Shown in pieces: positions 11,058 to 23,507 of a stretch of DNA of 64,000 nt. The DNA comes from Octopus sinensis (taxonomy: Eukaryota), in the NCBI RefSeq assembly GCF_006345805.1, contig NW_021835974.1:1-64000 (forward strand), given 5' to 3'. Made by a program: the position numbers and the translations under genes. Numbering within the stretch: the first letter of the stretch is position 1; every line of letters begins with the position of its first letter. The notes beneath the pieces were generated by a model. It was not told the origin of the DNA. It made no database searches and saw only the letters and a program-made list of their open reading frames with translations.

Positions 11058-12327
11058 CTATATGTGTGTGGATATGTGTAAATGTATTTGTAAATGAGTT
11101 TGTGGATGTGTGTGTGTGTTTGTGTGCTCTTGAAGAAGAAGAAGAAGAAGAAGAAGAAGAAGAAGGAGGAGGAGGAGGGGAGGAGGAGGAGGAGGAGGAG
11201 AAGAAGAAGAAGAAGAAGAGAAGACAGAGAAAAGAAGAGAGAAAGATAAGGAGAAGAAGAAGAAGAAGAAGAAGAAGAAGGGCAAATATAGAAGAAGCAT
11301 TTTGGAGAAGTAAAGAAGAATGAGAGAGATGAAAGAATCCGCAGAAAGTAAGGAAAGAATGACGGAGGCGGGGTGGAAGGGGTCACATGTAAGAAAAGTA
11401 ACAAGACTGACGATTGTTTGGGGTTCGGAGGAAAGAAAATGTGAGTATGGGGGTAGAAATACTTGAAGCTGGGTAAGAGATAAGACAAAGTAGGGGTGAT
11501 GAGTGAGAGCGATAAAGAAATAGAGAAAGAGAAAGAGAAAGAGAAAGAGGGAGTTAAGGAGTCGGGATGAGGGTAACAGTAAAGAATAAGGGGGGGGGGG
11601 AATGGCGGAAAGTGGTTTGGAGTTTGAGAGATAAAGGGGGGAAGAGGAAGAGGAGGTGAAAGGATGAAGTTGATGTCATGAGTTGATTGAAATGTAATCA
11701 GTCTGCCAGTTCGGTCGTCCGTCAAACAGTCACGTCACCCACCGCTATCGCCGCCGCCATCTTCACCTCACGTTGCCAACGTTACCTATATTAAGTCTTA
11801 CGTGCTCAGCCGAATATTCACCATCATCTCCAACACTACCGCCATCTTTCCACCACTGTTATCGTCGCCAATACCACTAGTAACTCCAACCCCCAACATT
11901 CTCTCTTCTCCTCCTCCACCATCCCTCTCTCTCTCTCTCCCTCTCTCTCTTCCCCCCTTTTCTTTCGCTTTCTCTCGCTGCCCAGTCGTTATGCCGACTG
12001 ACTCTCCAATTTCTTTGACACCATGAATAATTTAACAAGAAAGTTAGTTAAGTCTCCACATCTGGATCTTGTTTAGCGATGGAAAAGATGTCAATCTTGG
12101 GCAAGAAAATAAGAGAAAGTTCGGAAAAAGTAAAAGACATGGAGGATGAAAGAAAGGAAGATGGGAGAGAGAGAGAGAGAGAGAGAGAGAGACAAAGAAG
12201 GCAAAGCAAAAAGAGAGGAAAGAAGAAAGAAAGGAAGGAAATGAAAGGAGATACAAAATTAACCCCATTTTCCGAATAATATGCGCATGTCTATATATCT
12301 ATGTATGAGTGTGCTTGTACATATGAA

Positions 12328-12358
<31 letters not shown>

Positions 12359-12440
12359 GTGTGTGGTGTGTGTGTGTGTGTGTATTTGTGTATGTATATG
12401 TATATATATATACACACACATATATATATGTATATATATT

Positions 12441-12523
<83 letters not shown>

Positions 12524-12555
12524 GGGTGTGTGTGTGTTATATATATGTAAATATA

Positions 12556-12596
<41 letters not shown>

Positions 12597-12929
12597 CTAC
12601 ATATGTACGTGTGTGTGAGTTGGGGGGTGTCTTGGATAGACGGTGATCGGGCGGCCGGACGATCAGCGAGAAGAGAGGATAGGTGGTATGGAGGGAAGTG
12701 AGTCGGGTGTGAGAGGTCAGGCGAACGGTAGGGCGATCGGCTGACCAAGCAGGCAGACAGACGGATGGACGAATGAACAAACGGGCAGTCTGCCATTTGA
12801 TTGGTCTGTTCAAAACAGTTTTTGTAATTTGAGGAATGTTATGCAACGTCTGGTATCAGTGCTGGCCAAAAATGTTCGGATCCTCATTGCGAGGTACCGA
12901 AGAATCTAACCACGATCATTACATTCACA

Positions 12930-13367
12930 GGTGTTGGCTGTGTGATAAGAAGATTTGCTTCCTAAACACATAATTCTGAGTTCAATCCCACAGCGTGGCA
13001 CGTTGGGCAAGTATCTTTTATTTTAACCACAGGCCAACCACAGACCTTGTGAGGGTATCTGGCAGACGGAAACTGAAAGGAACCCGTTGTAAGTGCGTGT
13101 GTATCTGTGTGTGTGTGTATACATATGTTTGGTAGACGGAAACTGAAAGAAGCCCATCGTTTATATATATATATGAGTCTGTCCCCCCACCAGCGCTTGA
13201 CAACCGATATTGATGTGTTTACGTCCCCGTAAATTAGCGGTTCGGTAAAATAAACCGATTGAATAAGTACTATGCTTACAAAAGAATAAGACCCGGGCTC
13301 GATTTCTTCGACTAAAGGCGGTATCCCAGCATGGCCACCGTAAAATGACTGAAACAAGTAAAAGAAT
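12930..13367 (+). mobile_element. CORE-type SINE (family B)
   Basis: tRNA head GAGTTCAATCCCAC, CORE-like TGGCACGTTGGGCAAGT, tail ...GACTGAAACAAGTAAAAGA. Confidence 0.8.
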
Positions 13368-13419
13368 AAAATTAATTGAAGTTATTATTATTATTATTAT
13401 TATTGAGAGAGAGAGCAGT

Positions 13420-13954
13420 GCATACCATCAAAGTGATACTGGGGTAAAATATACGAAGCCCAATATACCCATCATGACTACCCGTCTGCTAAAGGTACAC
13501 TAGGGACATGCATCACAACCATATGTGCGCGACATGGTGATCTCATATCAAACAGCACATGACTTTGCAGTTGGGGGGCCTAGTTAGAATTTTCTTCTGA
13601 TTGAGTAACCCATCCCACTCAAAAGGTCCCTGAGTAAGGGTTGTTTAAGGATGTTGAAAGAACCACCCATGTTTCCAGAGGTGAATTATCCAAAACTCTA
13701 AGAATTCCTTTCAACACCCGGCCATGATATTCCCCCACTACTTCTGCTCGTGATCAGAAATGCACATATCGTCAGCCACTAAGGCACATGTTCAACTGGT
13801 TATGGTCAAACAACTGACAAGCAAATCTGTGGTATTGAGCAGAATATTTGCTGTAGCCGATCTTTTATACCAAAACAAAACAATGTACATGATAACACTT
13901 CCAATCAGTTATGGTCAGAAGCCATGAGAGCCACCGCCTGGTACTGCATCAAAG

Positions 13955-13955
<1 letters not shown>
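13420..13955 (+). mobile_element. Unclassified interspersed repeat, second copy at 55365-56020
   Basis: Shared ATATACGAAGCCCAATATACCCATCATGACTACCCGTCTG ... CTGACAAGCAAATCTGTGGTATT. Confidence 0.75.
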
Positions 13956-14011
<56 letters not shown>

Positions 14012-14424
14012 TCTTTTACTTGTTTCAGTCATTTGACTGCGGCCATGCTGGAGCACCGCCTTTAATCGAGCACCGCCTTTAATCGAGCAACTCGACCCCG
14101 GGACTTATTCTTTTGTAAGCCCAGTACTTATTCTATCGGTCTTTTTTGCCGAACCGCTAGTTAACGGGGACGTAAACACACCAGCATCGGTTGTCAAGCA
14201 ATGCTAGGGGGACACACACACACACGCATATATATATAATATATATATATATATACATATATATGACGGGCTTCTTTCAGTTTCCGTCTACCAAATCCAC
14301 TCACAAGGCTTTGGTCGGCCCGAGGCTATAGTAGAAGACAATTGCCCAAGGTGCCACGCAGTGGGACTGAACCCGGAACCATGTGGTTGGTATACAAGCT
14401 ACTTACCACACAGCCACTCCTGCG
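14012..14424 (-). mobile_element. CORE-type SINE (family B), full length
   Basis: Near reverse complement of 50706-51109. Confidence 0.85.
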
Positions 14425-14440
14425 CCTATTATTATTATTA

Positions 14441-14504
<64 letters not shown>

Positions 14505-14533
14505 CATATTTATTCTACATTTTTTCGATGCAG

Positions 14534-14636
14534 TTCGGTGTGACCCCAAAAATCTGGTATCTCCATTTGGCATCATTAAGGCTGTAGCCGGCATAATGGA
14601 AAAGGAGCGTTTTTTTGTCTATTCAGAACGTTACCC
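14534..14636 (+). CDS. Candidate internal exon, product unknown (xRCDPKNLVSPFGIIKAVAGIMEKERFFVYSERY)
   Basis: T-rich ...GATGCAG acceptor, open frame, weak GTAAAC donor; unique sequence between repeats. No homology recognised. Confidence 0.25.
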
Positions 14637-14663
14637 GTAAACAGACTTCAAAGATATTATTCC

Positions 14664-15066
14664 AAACTAGCAGTATCGCCCGGCGTTGCTCGGGTTTGTA
14701 AGGGAAATAACTGTATAAGCATTTTTAGAGAGTTATAGCCAAGAAATAGCAAAAAAATGCATTAAAAATGGAAAAAAAAAATGATGGTAAATTTTTTTTA
14801 AATCATTGACTCATCGTAGACATTTTTAGAGAGTTACTTCCCTTGTATAATAGCGAAAAAATGCATTAAAATGGAAAAAAATGATGGTAATTTTTTTTTT
14901 TAATCGTAGACTCATCGTAGACGCGCGCTAATACCCAGAAGGGCTCGATATGAATCACGGCTATAAGATACCCGCTTTTGGTTAAACTGCACCGCAAAAT
15001 GTGGGAGTAGTTAGGAATCTAAATCGTAGGAGACAGACACACAACTTCACTTTTATATATAAAGAT
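14664..15066 (+). mobile_element. Non-autonomous Helentron-associated (DINE-1/HINE-like) element
   Basis: Starts ACTAGCAGTATCGCCCGGCGTTGCTCGGG (sub-terminal hairpin), ends ACAGACACAC...TTTTATATATAAAGAT; internal duplication of about 105 bp. Confidence 0.65.
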
Positions 15067-15189
15067 ATATATTTTGTTTATAGAACACGTATTGGTTTTC
15101 TTGAACATCTCCTAGAACTTAAAGCCATGCCATTCATCATGAATCATTATGCAAATGAGTTGTGCTATTAGCTGTCTTGCTTGTATTTA

Positions 15190-15597
15190 GATGTTTTGTT
15201 TTTTACTTGTTCGAGTCATTGGAATGCGGCTTCGCAGAAGCCGCGCCTTGAAGCGAATAAATCGATCCCAGTACTTATTTTATTTTAAAGTCTGGGATTT
15301 ATTCTGTCAGTTTTCTTTGCCGAACCGCAAAGTTACGGGTACGAAATAAGCCAACACCAGTCATCTAGCGGTGAAGGAAGACCAACACACATACACACAC
15401 ACACACACACACACAGATAGATATTACATGCATGACGACTTCCATGCAGTTTCTATCTGCCATATTAAATCATAAAGCATCGGTCGGCCTGGGACTATAA
15501 TAGATGACACTTGCCCAAGGTGCTGTGCAGTGGAGTTGAACCCAAGACCATGTGGATGCAAAGTGATCTTCTTAATCGCATAGCTATGTCTGCGCCT
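15190..15597 (-). mobile_element. CORE-type SINE (family B), diverged
   Basis: Similarity to other family B copies. Confidence 0.7.
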
Positions 15598-15650
15598 ATG
15601 ATAAACGGCTTTACCCTACTTTCACTATCTTGAAAGAGAGAGAAGCGTTC

Positions 15651-15690
15651 AACCTGATGAGTCGTAAGAATAACGAAACTAGTCAGTACC
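15651..15690 (+). ncRNA. Degenerate type I hammerhead ribozyme motif
   Basis: CTGATGA-GTC(GTAAGAAT)AAC-GAAA-CTAG-TC; intact core, palindromic stem III, stem I broken. Confidence 0.55.
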
Positions 15691-16384
15691 GATCTTCGTT
15701 CTCAAACACTGAAAGCTCACAGCGCGAGACAAAGACATCTATTAAACAGATAAGATACTTTATATTTAATCATAACCCACGTTCTATAAATACTCTGGCA
15801 ACGAATCTACTGTAAGCAGAATTACCAGTCAGCGAATGGTTCTGTAATTCCTTGATAATTTAATTGGATTTGATTCTTATCTGCAATTACTGGCGCTGCG
15901 AGAGTGACGATATATATCATAACGATATAATGATAAGGATTTTGTAAACTGAACGAGGAGTGAGAAATCCGGAAAGTATCAGCAGACTCGGTGTGTAGTT
16001 AACTAATAGATCATAGTTATAGCCTGGTCAGGCGGAGCAGCAATCTGATTCGGTTTTATACCCTTTTGTTACCATACTTATTTTGAGATACACTGGGTTT
16101 CTTTCAATTACTTTAAATATAACAAAGAATTTAGTAAAATAACTTAGTTATCATTAAGCTAGTGTTAGGAACATAAACTGTGACTAAGGTTTGGTGGAAG
16201 ATTTTAATTCAAAACTTATGAAAACAAGACATTTGTACTCAGAGCCAGAGGTGGTTTCAGCCGGGTTGGTAACGAAAGGGTTACCTATTTGTCAACAGCG
16301 AGAAATTTTTTACATAACAAAGAGTTCCTCTCAGCACATAGCTATGATGCTCCCCGACTACTTCTGTTCGTGATCAGGGCATTT

Positions 16385-16610
16385 ACTATCATTATTATTA
16401 TTATTATTTCTTTTAATTTCAGGTTTTAACTCCAGGAGTTTTGCTTGCGCAGCTATCTGTACCATGCTATCTGTTCTTTTCATCTATCTAAAACTTTCTT
16501 AGTTATTTCTACTAAGCACTCTATTCCGATTTCCTTAAAATTTCTCTTGATGCCCTCTGATACTGTCCCCCAAGAACCCAATAATAATTGGCACTATCTT
16601 CAGCGGAATT
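16385..16610 (-). mobile_element. R4/Dong-like LINE 3' end next to a (TAA)n run
   Basis: Minus strand decays from ...GTVSEGIKRNFKEIGIECLVE..., resembling the R4-clade C-terminus. Confidence 0.45.
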
Positions 16611-17488
16611 CTCCCCCCCCCATCCCCGCCGGAACGTCGTGGGGTTTATGTGTTTTTATGCTCAATAAACACTCACAATGCCCGGTCGGGAATCGAAACC
16701 GCGTTCTTACGACCGCGAGTCCGCTGCCCTAACCACTGGTCATTGCGCTTCCACTGTTGTTTTTGTTGTTGTTGTTGTTGTTGTTGCTGTGGTTATTGTT
16801 GTTGCTGTGGTTATTGTTGTTGTTGTTTGTTGCATCAGTAACAATGAAATTACCAAACAGCTGATGATTGCTAAAATTTCACTTAGTTTAACTGCTCCAC
16901 TTGTTTTGTATAATCGTCCTTTAATCATCCGCTTCTCAAGCTTTTTTCTTTTTTTTTTTTTTGATCTCTTCTTTGCTTCTTTCTTGTATTGTTTTGTCAC
17001 TTATTCCATATTATTTGTTGTTTAATTGCGAAGAAGACGAGTAAAGAAAATAATACTTAAACAGTAAAATAAATATTTTACAGCACCAAATTGTACCAAT
17101 AAATTCTGCCATATTCTTCCAACACACCACCGCTACCTGAGTTTAACTTCAGTTTCTGTTGCGTAAAACTGGCCAAAATACAAAGACTGGACATAAGTGA
17201 ATCGAGTGAAATAATGAAAGAGCTTCTATGCAGTCGCTCGACTTGCTAGAAATAGCAGCCATATCGCTCTCGAACAATGCTACCTTAAAAAAACGCATTA
17301 GTGTGGTATATGATATACATAGAATGGAGCACAGTTGGAACACGTGTGATCATGGTTCTACTCCATTATGGTTGACCTGGGATTAAATAACAACAAAATC
17401 TAAAAATTTCGTGCCAATAAGGATTTCTATACGAGATTATTCGACCCGTTACCTTCAACGGATATTTGTCCTCATCTTGTTTGTTGTT

Positions 17489-17534
17489 AACACAACGTTT
17501 CGGCTGATATACCCTCCAGCCTTCTTCAGGTGTC
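17489..17534 (-). ncRNA. Minimal type I hammerhead ribozyme (Penelope-type)
   Basis: GACAC-CTGAAGA-A-GGCTGG(AGGGTATA)TCAGCC-GAAA-CG-TT^GTGTT; stems I and II pair; zero-loop palindromic stem III (ACGT). Confidence 0.75.
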
Positions 17535-17599
17535 TTGGGGAAATTTCGAGCCTGGGTTCTCATTCCTAAGGTATTTTTCGATCGTTATCTTATGATCTC

Positions 17600-17836
17600 G
17601 GCGGCGAGCTGGCAGAAACTTTAGCACGCTGGGCGAAATGCTTAGCAGTATTTCGTCTGTCTTTACGTTCTGGGGTTCAAATTCCACCGAAGTCGACTTT
17701 GCCTTTCATCCTTTCGGGATCGATAAATTAGGTACCAGTAACGCACTGGGGTTCGATCTAATCGACTTAAAGCCTTTGTCTGTCCGTGTTTGTCCCATTC
17801 TATGTTTAGCCCCTTTTGGTCAATAAAGAAATAAGA
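17600..17836 (+). mobile_element. Family A SINE
   Basis: Same head, core and tail as other copies. Confidence 0.85.
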
Positions 17837-17839
17837 AAA

Positions 17840-19236
17840 GGTGGTGGTGGTGGTGGTGGTGGTGGTGGTGGTAGTGGTGGTAGTGGTGGTTGTGGTGGTG
17901 TGGTGGTGGTGGTGGTTGTGGCGGTGTTGGTGGTGGTGATGGGTGTTGAGGTGGTCGTGTGGTTGGTGGTCGGTGGTGGTGTGGTGGTGGTGGTCGTGGT
18001 GGTGTGTTGGTGGTGGTCGGTGGTGGTGTGGTCGTGGTGGGGTGTGGTGGTGGTGGTGGTCGGTGTGGTGGTGGTCGGTGGTGGTGGTGGTGGTGGTGGT
18101 GGTGGTCGGGGGTGGTGGTCGGTGGTGGTGGTGGTGGTTGGTGGTCGGTGGGGTGGTGTTTCGGTGGTGGTGGTGGTCGGTGGGGTGGTGGTGGTGGGGG
18201 TCGGTGTGGTGGTGGTGGTGGTGGTCGTGGTGTGGTGGTGGTGTGGTGGTCGGTGGTGGTGGTGGTGGTGGTGTCGTGGTGGTGGTGGTGGTGGTGGTGG
18301 TGGTGGTGGTTGTGGCGACGGTGGTGGTGGTGGTGGTGGTGGTGGTGGAGGTGGTCGGTGTGGTGGTGGTCGGTGGTGTGTGGTGGTGGTGGTCGGGTGG
18401 TCGGTGTGTTGGTGGTCGGTGGTGGTGGTGTCGTGGTGGTGGTGGTGGTGGTGTCGGTGGTGGGGTGGTCGGTGGTGGTGGTGGTGGTGGTGGTGTCGGT
18501 GTGGTGGTGGTCGGTGTTGGTGGTGGTGTGGTCGGTGGTGGGTGTGTGTCGGTGGTGGTGGTGGTCGGTGTGGTGGTGGTGGTGGTCGGTGGTGGTGGTG
18601 GTGGTGGTGGTCGGTGTGGTGGTGGTGGTGGTGGTCGGTGGTGTGGTGGTGGTGGTCGTGGTGTGGTGGTGGTGGTGTGGTGGTGGTGGTTGTGGCGGTG
18701 TGGTGGTGGTGATGGTGTGGTGGAGGTGTTCGGTGTGGTGGTGGTCGGTGGTGGTGTGTGGTGGTGGTCGGTGGTGGTCGGTGGTGGTGGTGGTCGGTGG
18801 TGGTGGTGGTCGGTGGTGGTGGTGGTGGTGGTGGTGGTGGTGTGGTGGTGGCGTCGGTGGTGTGGTGGTGGTGTGGTGGGGTGGTGGTGGGTGGTCGGTG
18901 GTGGTGGTGGTGGTGGTGGTGGTGGTGGTGGTGGTGGTGGTGGTCGGTGGTGGTGGTGGTGGTGGTGGTAGGTGGTGGTGGTGGTGGTGGTGTGGTGGTG
19001 GTGGTTTGTGGCGGCGGGGCGGTGGTGGTGGTGGTGGGGGTGGTGGGTGGAGGTGGTTGGTGGTGGTGGTGTGGTCGGTGGTGGTGTGGTGTGGTGGTGG
19101 TCGGTTGGTGGTGGTCGGTGGTGGTGGTGGTGGTGGTGGTCGGTGGTGGTGGTGGTGGTGGTGGTCGGTGGTGGTGGTGGTGGTGGTGGTGGTGGTGGTC
19201 GGTGGTGGTGGTGGTCGGTGGTGGTCGGTGGTGGTG
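17840..19236. repeat. (GGT)n array of about 1.4 kb, punctuated by GGTC and GTGT variants
   Basis: Direct reading. Confidence 0.95.
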
Positions 19237-19387
19237 AGATTAATACTGTCGACATTCGGTTCGAATTCTGTGAGTTGATCTTGAATGAAAAAAAACTGAA
19301 GAAAATTACTGTTGTCGCTGCTGTCGTCGTTTCGTTTCAAGTGAGTTCTGGACGAGAAGGCATTTGACCAAAGGACATCCCACGTCT

Positions 19388-19751
19388 TCACACACATACA
19401 CACACACATACACACGCATACAAACATATACATACACATTCATGCACACACATACATACACACGCACACATACACACACGCATATACATACGCACACACA
19501 TACGCACACATATACACACACTTATACAAACACAAACACACACATACACACATACGCACACAAATACAAACACATACATACATATACACACGCACACACA
19601 CATACGCACACATATACACACACATACAAACACAAACACACACATACACACATCCATGCACAAGCACACACACATACACACGTATACACACGTATACACA
19701 CACACACACACATACGCACACATATACACACACATATACAAACATACACAT

Positions 19752-19789
<38 letters not shown>

Positions 19790-19810
19790 ACACACACACA
19801 CAAGCGCACA
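19388..19810. repeat. (CA)n/(CACATA)n compound microsatellite
   Basis: Direct reading. Confidence 0.9.
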
Positions 19811-19924
19811 TTTATACTGACATTTTTTTTCGTACATAAAATACTCACATTCTACCTTCATAAAACAAAATGGCAGACTGCAGTAAAAAGTGTTGCGCAA
19901 AATGAAGTGATGCGGTATATTTAG

Positions 19925-20150
19925 AGGTCATCGAAAGAGAGGGGCTTTCTCCGTCCGGGTTGCGGATCCGTGGAATAAGCTGCCAGACGAGATAGTGAAG
20001 ATGCCGACGACCGCTCGGTTCAAAGTCTCCCTTGACCACAAATGGCCTGAACTCTTTACATGAACACCACCCTGTACATAACTCCATGTCACCCTACATG
20101 GCCTTGCTTTTTTGCTTGTTGAGCCAAAAAATTAACTAACAAACTAACTA
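19925..20150 (+). mobile_element. CR1-group LINE 3' end with (AACT)n tail
   Basis: Encodes RGAFSVRVADPWNKLPDEIVKMPTTARFKVSLDHKWPELFT*. Confidence 0.75.
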
Positions 20151-20217
20151 GTGTACGCTTTTCAAAAGGACTTAGAGTGTGATTTGAGCGACCATGTAGG
20201 TGGCTCCTTGTTTAATA

Positions 20218-20770
20218 TTGTAGGCTGTTTGGTAAGAAATTGCTTCCCAACCACATGGTTCGAGTTCGTCTCACTGTGTAGCACCTTGTGCAAGTGTCTT
20301 CTACTACAGCCTCAGGCCGACCAAAGCCTTTTGTGTTAACTTGGTTGTGGAAACTAGAAGAAGCCCGTCGTATATATGTATGTGTGTCTTCGTGTCTTTG
20401 TTCCTCATCACCGCTTGACAACTTAGTGGTTCGGCAAATGAGACCGATATAATAAGTACTGTGCTTAAAAAATAAATAAGTTCTGCGGCCGATTTGTTCG
20501 ACTAAAACCCTTCAAGGCGGTGCTCCAGCATGGCATCAGTCAAATTACTGAAACAAGTAAAAGAATAGAAACAGTCGTGGCGGCGAGCTGGCCAAATCGT
20601 TTGCACTCTGGACAAAATGCTTAGCGGCATTGCGTTCGATCCTTTACGTTCTGATTTCAAATACTGCCGGGGTCGACTTTGCCTTTCATCTCTTCGGGAT
20701 CGATAAAATAAGCACAAGATAAGCCCTGGGATCGATGTCATCGACTTGGCCCCTACCCCGGAGCTGTCGA
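20218..20770 (+). mobile_element. Family B SINE (20218-20567) followed by a family A-headed SINE with alternative tail (20580-20770)
   Basis: Similarity to other copies. Confidence 0.7.
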
Positions 20771-21279
20771 TATTGTGCCAAAATTTAAAACCAGTGTTGC
20801 AAGCAACAGTAAAATTGATGAGTGTTTCATTGGCTGGACTCTAAGTTTATATTGTCTCATCTCTTGACCATAACAGAGAAGTGATGGTGGGCGAAACTGT
20901 CATTCTTATCCCTAAGTAAAACAGATGCTCACCCATTGATGGATACATGTGAAGATGAAAACAACGACAAGCAATTAATCCGAACGTAGCTCACATCTAG
21001 AAGGAACTTTCACGTGGTAGCATGACCTGCTAGAGATAGTAACCAAATCTCCACCTTCACCCCATCACCACCACCCATCCCCAGCAAAATCACACCTTAT
21101 CGTCTTACACAAAAAGAGATGAAGTATTCATATACGCGCTATGTCCGAAAACTAGTCACGACAGTCACGTTCGGAACGCTTTTCAGTGTAGCTCTCAACT
21201 AGGTCTCAGCAACAAACTACAGCAATAATATTCAATAAATTTCTTCCGCAAAGAGATGAATTCAGTTTCAGACAAGATA

Positions 21280-21303
21280 TAAATTTATTATTATTATTAT
21301 TAC

Positions 21304-21341
<38 letters not shown>

Positions 21342-21727
21342 TATTATTATTATTATTATTATTATCATTATATCTTTTATGTTTTAGAATTTATATTTAT
21401 TTTGTTAGTTATTTATTTACAACAGTTCAACAATCCAAATTGTTCCTTAAGGGACTGGACTTTCGATTTAATCGTTCAGAAGTTTGCGCAATAATTTTTT
21501 TTTTCCCATTCCATTCCTCGCTTGTCTTTCTTCTACCCTGTCTCCACCTTCTTTTGGTTTCTATTTAATATTCTTCGTTATCATCATGCTCAACATCATC
21601 ATCATCATCATCATCATCATCATTATTATTAAAGAAATCATCATTATCATCATCATCAGCATCATCAGCATCATTATTATTATCATTACTATTATCTTAA
21701 TCATTATTATTACTATTATTATTATTA

Positions 21728-21768
<41 letters not shown>

Positions 21769-21880
21769 CATCATTATTATCATTATCATCATCATTATTA
21801 TTATTATTATCACAATCATCATCATCACCATCATCATCATTATCATCATCATCAATCATCATCATCATCATAATCATCAC

Positions 21881-21920
<40 letters not shown>

Positions 21921-22035
21921 GAAACTACTACTATTATCATTATTATTATCGTTGTTATTGTTGTTAGTATAATTATTATTGTCATTATTGTCATTATTAT
22001 TGTTACCCTTGTTATATCATCATTATTATTATTAC

Positions 22036-22081
<46 letters not shown>

Positions 22082-22112
22082 GTTGTTGTTGTTATTATTA
22101 TTATTATTATTA

Positions 22113-22199
<87 letters not shown>

Positions 22200-22296
22200 T
22201 ATTATTATTGTTGTTGTTGTTATTATTATTATTATTATTATGATTATTATTATTATTATTATTATTATTATCATTATTATTATTATTATTATTATT

Positions 22297-22356
<60 letters not shown>

Positions 22357-22839
22357 TATTATGTCTTGCACCTGACTGTGTTCTCATGAGAATTTTTGTG
22401 TTTTGCTTTTTGTTTGATTGTTTGTTTGTTTTCTTTTCTTTTCGTTATTTTTATTTTATTTTATTTATTTCTTGTTAAATAGTTTCACAAGACAGTTTTA
22501 CCAAACTGATTTGTTATATAGCTTCGAAGCTACTCCATTTATTGAAATGACAAAAAGAACACACAAAAAAAAAGAGCTAAAAAAAACCGAAAAATTTTTA
22601 ATAAATTTGGTGGAAGAAGAGAAGCGGGGGGGTGAGAAGAGGCCGGGAGAGGCAGGGAGAGGAGAGGCTGGGAGTGTGTATGAGGGTGTGGAGGGTGTGG
22701 TAGAGGAACAAAAATCATCGCAATATCATGAATTTCCAGTGGCATCAGATCTTGCTTTAAATTCGTTGCTGTTTGCTTGCAGAACAATGTGAGGCATTAA
22801 TTAATAATGTGAGGTGTTAATTAATAATGCAGTATGGAA

Positions 22840-22871
<32 letters not shown>

Positions 22872-23472
22872 CGGTGGCGGTGGCGGTGGTGGTGGTGGTG
22901 GTGGTGGCGTCGGCGGCGGTGGTGGCGGTGTCGGCAGTGGGAAACGGGTGAATAAAATATTCGACATTCATCTCGACGAAAGTGAAAGTAAGGAAAAGAA
23001 TGAGAAAGAGTGAGAAATAGAACGTGAGTAAACGATGAATGAGTGAGAGAGAGAGAGAGAGAGATAAATAGGAACAGATAAGGGAGAGACTAAGAGAGAG
23101 AGAGTAAATTAAATTTCCTTTTTAATTGTTTAAAATGGTTTATTGCTGTTGTAGTTGTTTTTGTAAAAATTATTATTGTGGGCGGCGACGACGCGATGGC
23201 GGCGGTCGGCGGCGGTTGGCGGCGGTTTGCGGCGATAGCGGCGACGGGGTACGGTCGTGATATTTGGGTAAGGATTATGACAATGATTACGACGATGATT
23301 ATGATGATGATAATGACGATGAAATTGTTACGATTGCCATTGGTTGTTGTTACAGTTGCTGTAGCTTTTTATAGTATTTGCTATTGCAGCGACGGTGGCA
23401 GCGGTGTTGGTGTTGGTAAAGGAAGTAGTAGTAGTAGTAGTAGTATAGTAGTAGTAGTAGTATAGCAGTAGC

Positions 23473-23507
<35 letters not shown>

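Noticed and set aside
11700-11790. GCCGCCATCTT (YY1-like) and a minus-strand ATG as a gene start
   Set aside because: The ORF is only 12 codons and there is no other promoter evidence.
17663-19439. ORFs of 300-540 aa rich in Pro/Thr/His or Gly/Val/Trp
   Set aside because: Translations of the (GGT)n array, open in several frames on both strands.
22418-22792. 124-aa ORF
   Set aside because: Built from low-complexity T-rich and AG-rich tracts; no domain recognised.
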